DNA of 64,000 nucleotides from Chloroflexota bacterium (GTDB lineage: Bacteria > Chloroflexota > Dehalococcoidia > Lucifugimonadales > JADFKI01): the NCBI GenBank assembly GCA_009840355.1, contig VXNZ01000017.1:925-64924 (forward strand), read 5' to 3'. Shown here piece by piece: positions 27,782 to 37,413 of the stretch (the first letter of the stretch is position 1; every line of letters starts with the position of its first letter). The position numbers and the translations under genes are program-made. The notes below the pieces were generated by a model. That model searched no databases. It was not told where the DNA came from and saw nothing but the letters and a program-made list of their open reading frames with translations.

Positions 27782-29452
27782 TCACTCTATCGAAATTATG
27801 AGGTGGTAGAATGGCTGACCGCCATAGTAGGGTTGAAGGTCAATGTCAGGATATGCAGATTCGACTGCCGAGACTACTTCTTTCTCCTCTGCTTCGGTCA
27901 TCGGATCGCCGCGGTACAGCGTAACCAGATCGCCGTCGTCCACCTCTGCACTGCGAAGTATCGATAGCGTAGTGTCCGCCAACCCTTCGCCCGCCGCGAC
28001 GAGATTGCGATCGAACAAGCCGATTAGCTGCCCTTCGTCCACGCTGATACCGTCAAGTGTAACGGAGCGCGCAGCGCGGGTAATCTCGCCGGTTCGCACA
28101 TCTTCGATTACATCTTCCATGCCGGCTGCGTTATCGTCCGTGCTTCTATACGGCTGATATTCTAAAATCGCCGCGACGCCCTGCGGAATGTTCGTTGTCG
28201 GTATCACCCGGACCGTCTTTTCGGCCGCTTCCGCCGCCTGCATAGCGGCAGGCACGATGTTGCCGTTGTTCGGCAAAACGATGACATGCTCAGATGGCAC
28301 GGCATCCACCGCATCGAGAATATCGCGAACACTCGGGTTCATCGTATCGCCGGCGACCAGCACTGACGCGCCTTCGTGTCGGAACACTGCCTCCAAACCG
28401 TCGCCCCACGCGACCGCAAGCACGGGAATCGGTATGACCATCGAGAGCGCGTCTTCCGCCTGCTTGCGCTGCATTGCGGCGAGCCGTTCACGCTGCTCGT
28501 CCATATTCTCTACGCTCACACGGCTGACATCGCCAATCTCACGCGCGTAGTCCATCAACAAGTCAGGAGTTTCAGTATGCACATGCACCCTAATGACCGA
28601 TGCATCGCCGATGACGACCCCGGAACTGCCGCGCACATTCATTTCCTCGCGCAGTTCATCGATATTCATACCTTCGCCGCGAATAACGAACTGCGTGCAA
28701 TAGCCATGCCCTTCATGTTCAGTCATGTCCAGGAAATCGAGCGAGACGGCAGTCTCCGAAATATCAATGCCATCCGGCAACGGCATCTCCAAGTCGTCAG
28801 GCGATGAGTCGTCTTGCGCGACCCAGCGGCGAACTCCTTCGAGTATCATCCACAAGCCCAAGCCGCCGGAATCTACCACACCCGCTTCTTCCAAGCGTGG
28901 CAGCAACGTAGGCGTCAAAATCACCGCCTCGTGCGCAGCTGTGCAGACGTCTCGCAACATCGTTTCCGCGTCGTCGTCCGCTTCACTGCTTTGCTGTGCG
29001 GCTTTGGCGGCGTGTGTGAAGACCGTTAGCATCGTGCCTTCGACAGGATTACCTACGGCGTTGTATGCATATGCTGTTGCAAGCTGAAGCGCGTCGGCGA
29101 AATCGTTGGCGCTCACGCATTCCTTGCCGTCGAACGCTTCTGCCATACCCTTGAACAGCTGCGACACGATAGAACCGCCGTTGCCCTTCGCGCCCATGCA
29201 CGCACCGTCCCACATGGCCCTTGCTACTGCCGCCGCCGTTCCGCCTTCTGCCGCGCGCGCCTCTTCCAGCGTGTCTCGTAGTGTGAGGAGCATGTTGATA
29301 CCTGTGTCGCCATCCTGCACAGGGAACACATTGAGACGGTTCACAAGATTCACATGGCTTTGCAACACTTGCGCGGCAGTCGTAAACATCGCCAGCAATT
29401 CATCGCCCGACCATCGGGCTGAGAGCGTGGCATTTTGGAGCGCGACTGTCAT
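27782..29452 (-). CDS. DAK2-domain protein (YloV-like)
   Basis: 556 aa. Contains the N-terminal Dak2 motif (VFPVQDGDTGINM) and a C-terminal DegV-like/YloV region. It shows the classic yloV-degV-recG arrangement next to rpmB. Confidence 0.9.
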   Translation of the reverse strand: MTVALQNATLSARWSGDELLAMFTTAAQVLQSHVNLVNRLNVFPVQDGDTGINMLLTLRDTLEEARAAEGGTAAAVARAMWDGACMGAKGNGGSIVSQLFKGMAEAFDGKECVSANDFADALQLATAYAYNAVGNPVEGTMLTVFTHAAKAAQQSSEADDDAETMLRDVCTAAHEAVILTPTLLPRLEEAGVVDSGGLGLWMILEGVRRWVAQDDSSPDDLEMPLPDGIDISETAVSLDFLDMTEHEGHGYCTQFVIRGEGMNIDELREEMNVRGSSGVVIGDASVIRVHVHTETPDLLMDYAREIGDVSRVSVENMDEQRERLAAMQRKQAEDALSMVIPIPVLAVAWGDGLEAVFRHEGASVLVAGDTMNPSVRDILDAVDAVPSEHVIVLPNNGNIVPAAMQAAEAAEKTVRVIPTTNIPQGVAAILEYQPYRSTDDNAAGMEDVIEDVRTGEITRAARSVTLDGISVDEGQLIGLFDRNLVAAGEGLADTTLSILRSAEVDDGDLVTLYRGDPMTEAEEKEVVSAVESAYPDIDLQPYYGGQPFYHLIISIE

Positions 29453-29602
29453 TTTCGTTGCCCTTTCAACCGAAATGTGCTATCTTTGTGTACGAATTCA
29501 CAGGCGAAATCCCGTGTGTGTCCGTGTGCGTTTGCGCCAGTTGGGCATGTACAACTTACGGCGAGATTATACTCCGCCCAATAGAAATAGTAAAGGTGAA
29601 CT

Positions 29603-29809
29603 ATGGCAGAAAGTAAAGTCTGCGAAAAAGTGTGCCGTAAGCTGGCGGGACAATCGGGCAACAATGTCAGCCACTCGAAACGGCGCACGCGGAGGCGCTG
29701 GCGGGCGAATCTGCAGAAAGCCACGATACAAGTTGACGGCAAGACCAAGAGAATGAAACTCTGCACACGCTGCCTGCGCACGCACTACAAGCAGCTTATG
29801 AAGGGCTAA
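29603..29809 (+). CDS. rpmB: 50S ribosomal protein L28
   Basis: 68 aa. Contains GNNVSHSKRRTRRRWRANLQ, the L28 signature. An AAAGGTG RBS lies upstream. Confidence 0.9.
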   Translation: MAESKVCEKVCRKLAGQSGNNVSHSKRRTRRRWRANLQKATIQVDGKTKRMKLCTRCLRTHYKQLMKG

Positions 29810-29815
29810 ACAGTC

Positions 29816-31060
29816 TTGCAAGATATTCTGCTAGTTGGATTAAGCCACAAGACCGCGCCTCTGGAAGTCCGCGAGTCCGTGTCTTTCATGAGCGATCAGG
29901 TGTCGGAAGCGCTGCCTATCCTCAGCGACGAGCTGGGCGAAGCCGTAATCCTCGCCACTTGCAACCGCTCTGAGATCTACACCGTTACCGACGACGCGCC
30001 ACAGGCGGTCGAACGGATACACCGATTCGTCGCCGAATACCATGACTTGCCCGAGGAAAGCGTGTCGCCGCACCTCTACGAGCGCACAGGCGAAGAAGCT
30101 GTGCGGCACTTGTTCAAGGTGTCGAGTGGCTTGGATTCCATGATTGTCGGCGAGGCGCAGATACTTGGTCAGGTGCGCAAGGCGTTGAGCACCGCCACGC
30201 AAGCGAACACTGCCAAGATGACCGGCATAGGCTTGTTCCATGCCGCGCTGAGAGTCGGCAGGCGAGCGCGCAAAGAGACGAACATCGGGCGCAATCCGTT
30301 GTCCATCAGCTACGCAGGCGTGCGACTTGCTCAGCGTGTGCTGGGCGATATTTCAAATAGGCGCGCACTGCTTATCGGCGCAGGCGAGGCCGGCAGTCTT
30401 GTCGCGCGGGCGTTGCGCACAGTTGGCGTCGGCGACCTGATGATTGCGAACCGCACCGAAAGCAAGGCGCAGGAACTCGCAGCTTACCTGAGCGGCACGG
30501 TCGCACCGTTCCATAATCTCGAAGAATCGTTGGAAGTCGCGGACATCGTTATTGCGGCGACGGATTCGCCGAGTTACGTGATCACTCCGGACATGGTGTG
30601 CACGCATGAGCGCGACCATGAAGATTCGCCTCTGTTCGCCTTTGACCTGGCAATTCCGCGCGACATCGACCCGGAAATAGCCCATAATCACAATGTGCAG
30701 CTGTTCAACATTGACGACCTCTCCGCAATCGCGGAGGAGAACATGGCAGAGCGCCAGCGCGCCGCAAAAGACGCCGAACTCATAGTTGACGACGAAGTTG
30801 CGAAATTCATGCTGTGGTGGGATTCACTGGACGCACTGCCTACAGTGAAGGCGATAAGGCGGAACGCAGACGACATCCGCCGCCGTGAGCTGAACAAGGC
30901 GCTCGACTTACTCGGCGATATGTCGCCGGAAGACCGGCAGGTTGTCGAGACGCTAACACGCTCCATCGTGAACAAGATACTGCACGACCCAACCGACTCT
31001 CTGAAAAAGGGAGCGACTAAATCACAGATTAGAGTTGCCAAAAACCTGTTCCGTCTGTAG
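29816..31060 (+). CDS. hemA: Glutamyl-tRNA reductase
   Basis: 414 aa with a TTG start 6 nt after the rpmB stop. Contains LSHKTAPLEVRE, ILATCNRSEIY (catalytic Cys) and the NADPH motif LLIGAGEAG. Confidence 0.9.
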   Translation: MQDILLVGLSHKTAPLEVRESVSFMSDQVSEALPILSDELGEAVILATCNRSEIYTVTDDAPQAVERIHRFVAEYHDLPEESVSPHLYERTGEEAVRHLFKVSSGLDSMIVGEAQILGQVRKALSTATQANTAKMTGIGLFHAALRVGRRARKETNIGRNPLSISYAGVRLAQRVLGDISNRRALLIGAGEAGSLVARALRTVGVGDLMIANRTESKAQELAAYLSGTVAPFHNLEESLEVADIVIAATDSPSYVITPDMVCTHERDHEDSPLFAFDLAIPRDIDPEIAHNHNVQLFNIDDLSAIAEENMAERQRAAKDAELIVDDEVAKFMLWWDSLDALPTVKAIRRNADDIRRRELNKALDLLGDMSPEDRQVVETLTRSIVNKILHDPTDSLKKGATKSQIRVAKNLFRL

Positions 31061-31086
31061 TGCGCCGACGCAACTAGGAGGTAGAA

Positions 31087-32058
31087 ATGGCTGAATATAC
31101 TAAGAGCGAAGCAATGAGCTGGGCGCGCGAAAATCTGCGCGGACAGTGGACAACCCTGATGACCCCATTCACGCCCGGAGACGAGTTCGACGAAGAGGGC
31201 ATGCGCAACAATATCCGCCATATTCGCTCGCTCGGCACGCAGGGCGGCGGCTGCACCTGGGGCATGGGCGAATTCTGGAGCCTGACGCAGGAAGAGCGGC
31301 TGCGAGTCTTCGACGTGGTCGCGGACGAAGCAGGCGGCGAATGGCCCATTGCGGCGCATGTGACACACACTTCCTACAAAGACATGATTGCGCTCGCGAA
31401 GCACGCGGAAGAGGTCGGGTTCGACTTGCTAATCTGCGCAGCGCCGTACTTCGTCACCAAGACTGAAGCGCAGGTCGTTGACTGGATGCAGACGCTCGCG
31501 GACAACACCAATCTCGCCATCATGTACTACAATTCGCCGCAGTTCGGCATCGTGATGAGCGCGCAAGGGCTCAGGCAAATCTGCTCTATCCCCAATGTCG
31601 TGGGCGTCAAAGAGGCGAGCTTCAACCCGGACCTGTCCATCGAAGCGCACCAACTGCTAGGCAGGGATGCCATCATCAGCACGCCCGACGAATGGATTAT
31701 GTTCAAGGGACGCGAGCTGGGCTTTGAGCAGCAGGTTATGTTCGCCAATACCTCGGACTGGCGGTTCGACCTGCCCGGCAAAAACTATTACAACCAGTTC
31801 ATCGACAAGGCGATGCGCGGCGACCTAGACGACGACTTCTACGCGAAGCATGTACGCCCGATCAAGGCGGTCTCCGACAAGTGGTGGGCGAGCACAGTGC
31901 AGAAGGCGAACGGCGCGCTGCCCGCCCCAATGTGCAAATACTGGGGCGAAGTGATGGGAATGGCAGGCGGACATGTCCGGCAGCCGCACATCAACTTGAC
32001 CGACGAAGAGAAAACAGAGCTGAAGGCGGACGTCGAAGAGGCGCTTGCCGAACTGTAG
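31087..32058 (+). CDS. DapA/NAL-family class-I aldolase (dihydrodipicolinate-synthase-like; substrate unknown)
   Basis: 323 aa. Contains the Schiff-base lysine context VVGVKEAS and the segment APYFV. A GGAGG RBS lies upstream. Confidence 0.8.
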   Translation: MAEYTKSEAMSWARENLRGQWTTLMTPFTPGDEFDEEGMRNNIRHIRSLGTQGGGCTWGMGEFWSLTQEERLRVFDVVADEAGGEWPIAAHVTHTSYKDMIALAKHAEEVGFDLLICAAPYFVTKTEAQVVDWMQTLADNTNLAIMYYNSPQFGIVMSAQGLRQICSIPNVVGVKEASFNPDLSIEAHQLLGRDAIISTPDEWIMFKGRELGFEQQVMFANTSDWRFDLPGKNYYNQFIDKAMRGDLDDDFYAKHVRPIKAVSDKWWASTVQKANGALPAPMCKYWGEVMGMAGGHVRQPHINLTDEEKTELKADVEEALAEL

Positions 32059-32138
32059 TTTGCCCGTTTTCGCGGATAGTCCCGGAGTACGGGCACGGGA
32101 ACACGAGCAACACTTAACATTCAAGGAAGGTTCTCGCT

Positions 32139-33140
32139 ATGATTCTGATGGTGAGCGTTCAGAACTTGGAAGAGGCGCTGCAAGCCCTTAAGGGCGGCGC
32201 CGACATTATTGATGTGAAGAATTTGCAGGAAGCGCTCGTCGGTTCGGCGCACCCGCATATCGTCCGTGATGTTCGCACGGCAATCCCAATGGAGCGACAC
32301 GCGAGCGTTACGCTTGGCGTCGTGCCACATCAGGTTGGCACAGTCGCGATGGCAGTCTATGCTGCTGGCGTCATCAACGCCACATCGGTTAAGGTCGGAT
32401 TTATGGACCACGAATACGAACTTGCGCTCGAGACGCTGCACGCCAGCCGCGAGGCGCTCGACGGATTCGAGACGAAGCTAATCGGCTCGCTGTTCGCGGA
32501 TAACGCACTGTTCGGTGGGCTTGAACCGCATCACATGAACAAGTTGGCAATCGAAACCAAATGCGATGGCTGGCTGATTGATACGCTGACGAAAGACGGC
32601 CGCAATCTGTTCGACTTTATCCGCGAGGAAGAACTGCGCGATATGGTGTTCGAGGGCAAAGAAGCGGGTATGAGCACAGCGCTGTCGGGCCACCTGCGCA
32701 TAAGCGACCTCGACGAACTTGCGCGCATCAACCCGGACATCGTGGGCGTGCGCGGCGCCGCCTGCCAGAAGTTGGACGACAGGACTTCCAGTGTTCACTG
32801 GGAGCCGGTCGCCGAGTTTAAGCGGCAGCTCGATATGCGCCTAAGCGGCGAAGTCGATGTGTTCGCCACCGCTCCGGCAGTGGAGTCTAGCAACGGCTCG
32901 ACGAACGGCAGCGCGGGCAACGAATGGGTAGTTATCGATGGCACGGGAAAGACCTGCGCCGGCATCATCGCAGCCCTGACGGAGCACATCGACAACGACG
33001 GCGAGTCCTTCGTCGAAGTGCTAATCCCCGATGTACTGAATACATACGATGTAATCGTCTGGGCGGAAAAGCGCAACCACAGCATCCTGACGCAGCGCGA
33101 CGACGACGCGGGCTTCGTCAGAATGCTCATCAAGCCGTAA
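32139..33140 (+). CDS. MfnB-like (DUF556; 4-HFC-P synthase family) aldolase fused to a C-terminal TusA/SirA-like domain
   Basis: Residues 1 to about 232 carry GADIIDVKN, SVKVGF, WLIDTLTKDGRNLFDF and DIVGVRGAAC, as in archaeal MfnB. Residues about 261-333 (32919-33137) look TusA-like (IDGTGKTCAGII...FVEVL...DVIVWAEKRNHSIL). Confidence 0.75.
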   Translation: MILMVSVQNLEEALQALKGGADIIDVKNLQEALVGSAHPHIVRDVRTAIPMERHASVTLGVVPHQVGTVAMAVYAAGVINATSVKVGFMDHEYELALETLHASREALDGFETKLIGSLFADNALFGGLEPHHMNKLAIETKCDGWLIDTLTKDGRNLFDFIREEELRDMVFEGKEAGMSTALSGHLRISDLDELARINPDIVGVRGAACQKLDDRTSSVHWEPVAEFKRQLDMRLSGEVDVFATAPAVESSNGSTNGSAGNEWVVIDGTGKTCAGIIAALTEHIDNDGESFVEVLIPDVLNTYDVIVWAEKRNHSILTQRDDDAGFVRMLIKP

Positions 33141-33195
33141 TTGGCTATAAGTTGCCTTTTGGACAGCCCGGCAAATTGTGTCGAAACGAAAAAGC

Positions 33196-33225
33196 GGCGC
33201 GTATCCCTTCCCAGAGTTACGCGCC
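33196..33225 (+). terminator. Hairpin terminator after the MfnB-TusA gene
   Basis: GGCGCGTA (33196-33203) pairs with TACGCGCC (33218-33225) around a 14-nt loop. It is followed by CTTCTTTAT. Confidence 0.5.
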
Positions 33226-33328
33226 CTTCTTTATGCCAGACTAAATGCCACTTCTCATCGACGGCCAATTTGCCGTAATTAACACAGCCATGCTACGATT
33301 GATTGACAGCGGAGAGAGATAACGCGCA

Positions 33329-33604
33329 ATGGTCCCCCAGATATTGCAGGACATAGCATTCTACGTGGGTTTCATCACAGACCTGCTAGTGCTTGTCATA
33401 ATCCTAGTTATCTTGATCACCGTCGTGGCAATATATCGAAAGGTTACGCGAGCCCTGAACTCGGCAGGGCGCATACTGGACAATACTGAAGAAATCGTCA
33501 ACACAGTGTCCGAAAACATCGTGGGACCGGCAGCGGCTGGTTCAAGCGTTGCTTTCGGCGTCGGCAAAATATTCGCCTTCCTCAGAGGAGCGAAGAAGAA
33601 GTGA
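33329..33604 (+). CDS. DUF948-like small membrane protein
   Basis: 91 aa. It has an N-terminal TM helix (LLVLVIILVILITVVAIY) followed by a coiled segment. It is paired with a YtxH gene, as is common in monoderm bacteria. Confidence 0.6.
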   Translation: MVPQILQDIAFYVGFITDLLVLVIILVILITVVAIYRKVTRALNSAGRILDNTEEIVNTVSENIVGPAAAGSSVAFGVGKIFAFLRGAKKK

Positions 33605-33620
33605 AAGGACAACAGCAAAG

Positions 33621-33947
33621 ATGGCAAACAACGGCAGCGGCGGCGGCTCGTTCGTAATCGGCTTCATACTCGGCGGCGTAATTGGCGCACTGGCGGCATT
33701 GCTGCTGGCGCCCAAGAAGGGATCTGATACGCGCACTGACCTTGTAGAGCGCAGCGTGGCGATGCGAGCGGTTGCGGAAGAACTCGCGGCACAGGCAAGA
33801 ACGCAGGCGAAAGACCGTGCATCGGTCGGCGTGGCGCAAGCGCGCGAGCGCATAAACCCGGTCGTGGAGCAAGTCAGCGCGCGCATAAACCGCAATCCCG
33901 ATAGCGCCGACGAAACTACAGACCCCGAGGCGCAGCGGAACGCTTAG
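33621..33947 (+). CDS. YtxH-domain protein
   Basis: Frame of ORF 33549..33947, starting at ATG 33621. FVIGFILGGVIGALAALLLAPKKGSDTR is the YtxH signature. Confidence 0.85.
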   Translation: MANNGSGGGSFVIGFILGGVIGALAALLLAPKKGSDTRTDLVERSVAMRAVAEELAAQARTQAKDRASVGVAQARERINPVVEQVSARINRNPDSADETTDPEAQRNA

Positions 33948-33967
33948 CCCCGAAATTGCAATTTATT

Positions 33968-34009
33968 AAGAAATCCCCGCCTGGCTATGTCGTCAAGCGG
34001 GGATTTCTT
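33968..34009. terminator. Bidirectional intrinsic terminator (ytxH / pheA convergent)
   Basis: A perfect 13-bp stem, AAGAAATCCCCGC (33968-33980) with GCGGGGATTTCTT (33997-34009). It has T/A-rich flanks on both sides. Confidence 0.8.
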
Positions 34010-34071
34010 ATTTGCGACGAACTCCCTTTCCTCTTTGGAGAAGGATGAGATTGGGTAAATTGCCGCACCAC

Positions 34072-34902
34072 TTACTCCGACATGAACTTCGGATAAGACC
34101 CCAACACCTTCATCGTCGATGCCTTCTCCGCAATCGCCTCCAATGCGTGGCGAACTTCCTCATCCTCGTGATGCCCTTCAATGTCAGCAAGGAAGAAATA
34201 CCGTCCTAGGCTAAGTCTAGTCGGCCGCGATTCAATCTTGTTCAGGTTAATTCCCCTGTCTGAAAACTCCATAAGCACGCCGACCAAGCTGCCAGGTCTG
34301 TCCGCGTCGAAATGGAAGCAGATGGAAGTCTTGTCGTTGCCGGTGGGCGCGCCGTCTTCCGACGCAAGCACGATGAATCGAGTAGCATTGCTGTGGTTGT
34401 CCTCAACACTCTCGTCTATTATCTGCACATCGAAGAATGACGCCGCCCGCTTGCCGGCAATCGCGACCGCGTTCAATTCGCTGTCCACCATTTCGCCAAC
34501 GGCGGCTGAGTTGCTCAGCGATGGCATTCTAGTCGCGTCCGGGAAGCGCCGCCGCAGGTAATCTCGGCACTGCCCCAACGACTGCGGATGCGAATACACG
34601 ACCTCAATTGCGTCAAGATCCGTGCCTTCCTTTGCGAACAGGCAGTGGTGTATTGGAAGGACGAGCTCGCTCTTTATCTTGAATTGCGTCTCATGTATCA
34701 GCAGGTCGGCGGTGAAGGTTACCGCGCCTTCGAGGCTATTCTCGATCGGCACAATGCCCTCGTCCGCTTCGCCTATATGCAAGGAATCGATGACGCCGGG
34801 CAGTGACGCCGCAGCGACCAGTTCGGCGTCGCAGTCGTACAGAAGCGCAGCCTCCTCGGAATATGTTCCTGGTGGCCCCAAGTATGCAAGCCTTCGTGCC
34901 AT
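34072..34902 (-). CDS. pheA: Prephenate dehydratase
   Basis: 276 aa. Contains LAYLGPPGTYSEEAA, the TRF motif (SNATRFIVL) and a C-terminal ACT domain with ESRP (INLNKIESRPT). Confidence 0.9.
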   Translation of the reverse strand: MARRLAYLGPPGTYSEEAALLYDCDAELVAAASLPGVIDSLHIGEADEGIVPIENSLEGAVTFTADLLIHETQFKIKSELVLPIHHCLFAKEGTDLDAIEVVYSHPQSLGQCRDYLRRRFPDATRMPSLSNSAAVGEMVDSELNAVAIAGKRAASFFDVQIIDESVEDNHSNATRFIVLASEDGAPTGNDKTSICFHFDADRPGSLVGVLMEFSDRGINLNKIESRPTRLSLGRYFFLADIEGHHEDEEVRHALEAIAEKASTMKVLGSYPKFMSE

Positions 34903-35019
34903 CGCTCCGTTTCTCCGTGTGTGTGCACATCCGCGCGTATCAATTCTAAGTGTATTCAGATCTAAGTGTATTCAGACGACGTGCGGTCAGTTTATGCTTG
35001 ATGAAACCAATGCGTTCGA

Positions 35020-35676
35020 TCAGGCCGTCAAGTCGTCAAGTATTACATCATCTGCGGCGAGAAATAGCCAGTCGTTGGCGCGCAACCGGTCCTCGCTCTC
35101 AGGTTTGAGCGTGATGTTCCTGCCGCGCGATATTGCCAGCACCGCCTGGCTGGAGTCTCGCGGATTGTGGAATCCGGGCAACTCGCCGATGCTGAACTCC
35201 GAGAATCTACTCGGCACCTTTATCTTGCTGATGCCGAAATTGGGCAGGATTTCCATATATTCCTGCACATCTGGGTGGAAGAGCGAGTGTGCCAAGCGCG
35301 CGCCCATCTCCGTTTCCACCTGCACGACTTTGTCCACGCCGAGCCGTTCCAATGTGTTGGCGTGCAGCTGGTCGCCGGCGCGCGCCACGATATACTTCAT
35401 GCCCATCTCCTTGAGCATAACCGTAACCGTTACGCTGGCGACGAGATTGCTGCCAATCGCCACCACCGCGACATCGAACTCGTGTATGCCGAGTTGCCTC
35501 AGCACTATCTCGTTCGTTGCATCGCCGGTGATCGTGTGGGTCGCCTTGCCCATCATCATCTGCGATTTCACTTCGTCGTCGTCAATCGCAAGTACATCGT
35601 GCCCCTTGTTGTACAGACTCTGAGCCACGCTGGAGCCAAAGCGCCCAAGCCCAATTACCACAATCTGCATCTTCAT
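35020..35676 (-). CDS. trkA: Trk/Ktr potassium-uptake NAD-binding subunit
   Basis: 218 aa. Contains the Rossmann motif VVIGLGRFGSSVA (TrkA-N) plus a TrkA-C domain. Confidence 0.9.
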   Translation of the reverse strand: MKMQIVVIGLGRFGSSVAQSLYNKGHDVLAIDDDEVKSQMMMGKATHTITGDATNEIVLRQLGIHEFDVAVVAIGSNLVASVTVTVMLKEMGMKYIVARAGDQLHANTLERLGVDKVVQVETEMGARLAHSLFHPDVQEYMEILPNFGISKIKVPSRFSEFSIGELPGFHNPRDSSQAVLAISRGRNITLKPESEDRLRANDWLFLAADDVILDDLTA

Positions 35677-35723
35677 AAGCGCTCACCTTGCTGCATGAAT
35701 AATACCCGTTACCCTGATGCCCG

Positions 35724-37157
35724 TTACCCTATTGTAACCCTTTCTTGCGCGTATCGGTACAGGTCTTGCTCCGAACCCTGCGCCATCGTTACGCCTATCA
35801 TCAGAGGTCCCAATTTGCCGACGAACATCGTCGCCGCGATGATTACCTGACCGATGGGCGAAAGCGCTGGAGTAATGCCAAGGCTTAGCCCGCAGGTGCC
35901 AAACGCGGAAATCGTCTCGAATATGATGGCGAGCGTGTCTGTGCCTTCTTCGGTGACACTCAGAAGCATCACAACGGCGAATACAAACACAACCGACACG
36001 GACATAATCAGATACGAGCGCTGAACTTGGCGATCAGGCACTTCCCTGCCGAATGCGGATGTATTATTGCGCCGCTTAATCTGCGCTATCATAGCGATAA
36101 ACACTACCGCCATCGTGTTGACCTTGATGCCGCCCGCGACTGACGCTGACGCACCGCCGATGAACATCATTACCATCTGCAGCAAGTTTGTCCCTTCGCG
36201 CGTTCTATTTGTTTCCACGATGTTGAAACCCGCAGTCCTGTCGCTGACGGCGTGAAACGCCGACACCGCGATTTTGTCCGCCAACGGCATGCCGCCAATC
36301 GTATCCGCGTTTTCCGATTCCAGCCCGTAGAAAGACACAAAACCGACCAGCAGCAATGCCAGAGTCGCGATTATCACCAACTTGGTGTTGAGCGAAAATC
36401 GCGAAAACCGCCGCGCTCGAAACAGGTCAATGACCACAAGGTAACTGATTCCGCCGATGAAAATCAGCATCGCGAGCACGCCGATGACGAATCTATCAGA
36501 CTTGAAGACTGCCAATCCGCCAGGATGGTTGAACGCGATAAAACCGGCATTGTTGAAGCCCGAAACCGCGTGGAAAAGCGCCTGCCAGAGAGCCTCACCT
36601 ATCGGATACACGAAAAGGAAGAAGTATATGAACAGGACGACAAAGCCAAGCAGCTGTATGCCCGTAGCGACTATGACGATGGCGACAGTCAGCCTGACCA
36701 GATTGCCGAACTGGTCTAGCATCAGGTTTTCGCGCATCAGCAAGCGCTGCGTCAGCGTAACGCGCTGCCCGAGCAGTATGAGCAAGAATGTGGCGATGGT
36801 CATGAAGCCCAGCCCGCCGACATATATCATGCCCAAGATGATTGCCTGCCCTGCGCGCGTCCAGTAGAACGCCGTGTCCTGCACGACCAGCCCGGTTACG
36901 GTGATTGCGGATGTCGCGGTGAACAGCGCGACCGTGAACGGAGCGGAGCCGTCGGCCCGCGTGCTGAACGGCAGCAGCAGAAGCAGCGTCCCCAAGCCGA
37001 TGATGGCGACGAAGAAATATATGATGACGAGCGGGCTTGTCAAAAACCGCGACTGCAGGCGCGGATTCGTTACCGTCACCAGCACCGAATTAGTCCGTGG
37101 TAGATTCAGCGCGTCCCCATCCTCATCAGACGCACGCCTTCTCCAAATGTTCAGCAC
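35724..37157 (-). CDS. trkH: TrkH/KtrB-family potassium transporter membrane subunit
   Basis: 477 aa with a GTG start. It is a polytopic protein with selectivity-filter-like repeats (TATSAITVTGL, SGFNNAGF, VSDRTAGFN, ISAFGTCGLSLG). Confidence 0.9.
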   Translation of the reverse strand: MLNIWRRRASDEDGDALNLPRTNSVLVTVTNPRLQSRFLTSPLVIIYFFVAIIGLGTLLLLLPFSTRADGSAPFTVALFTATSAITVTGLVVQDTAFYWTRAGQAIILGMIYVGGLGFMTIATFLLILLGQRVTLTQRLLMRENLMLDQFGNLVRLTVAIVIVATGIQLLGFVVLFIYFFLFVYPIGEALWQALFHAVSGFNNAGFIAFNHPGGLAVFKSDRFVIGVLAMLIFIGGISYLVVIDLFRARRFSRFSLNTKLVIIATLALLLVGFVSFYGLESENADTIGGMPLADKIAVSAFHAVSDRTAGFNIVETNRTREGTNLLQMVMMFIGGASASVAGGIKVNTMAVVFIAMIAQIKRRNNTSAFGREVPDRQVQRSYLIMSVSVVFVFAVVMLLSVTEEGTDTLAIIFETISAFGTCGLSLGITPALSPIGQVIIAATMFVGKLGPLMIGVTMAQGSEQDLYRYAQERVTIG

Positions 37158-37287
37158 TCTACACCTTCGCCGCTATTCGCATCTTTGAAATCTCCCTTAC
37201 ACCGCCATTACAATACAATGTATTACATCACAAGAAAAATTGGCAGTGTCTCAAACCACATAATTATTTGATTCAAGTCAAAATAGC

Positions 37288-37330
37288 ACCATCCCTCTGG
37301 AGGGTAAGGTTAGGATGGGGCAATGAGAAT
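37288..37330 (+). repeat. Dispersed intergenic repeat copy (hairpin plus AAGGTTAGGAT core)
   Basis: The sequence is CCATCCCTCTGGAGGGTAAGGTTAGGATGGGGCAATGAG, with the core at 37306-37316. It lies in the trkH/epimerase divergent region. Confidence 0.7.
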
Positions 37331-37413
37331 TCACGCTCGCCCTCATATCACCGCAATCATTTGCGCCAACCCTAGATATATCTACCGAGTAAAGTACCGA
37401 ACGAGGTCAGTCA

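Noticed and set aside
37158-37330. I looked for a c-di-AMP (ydaO/kimA-type) riboswitch in the trkH leader, since K+ transporters often carry one.
   Set aside because: I found none of the conserved ACGGGGA/CCCA-type segments or the pseudo-twofold architecture. The region is short and AT-rich and holds only a 13-nt palindrome and a repeat copy.
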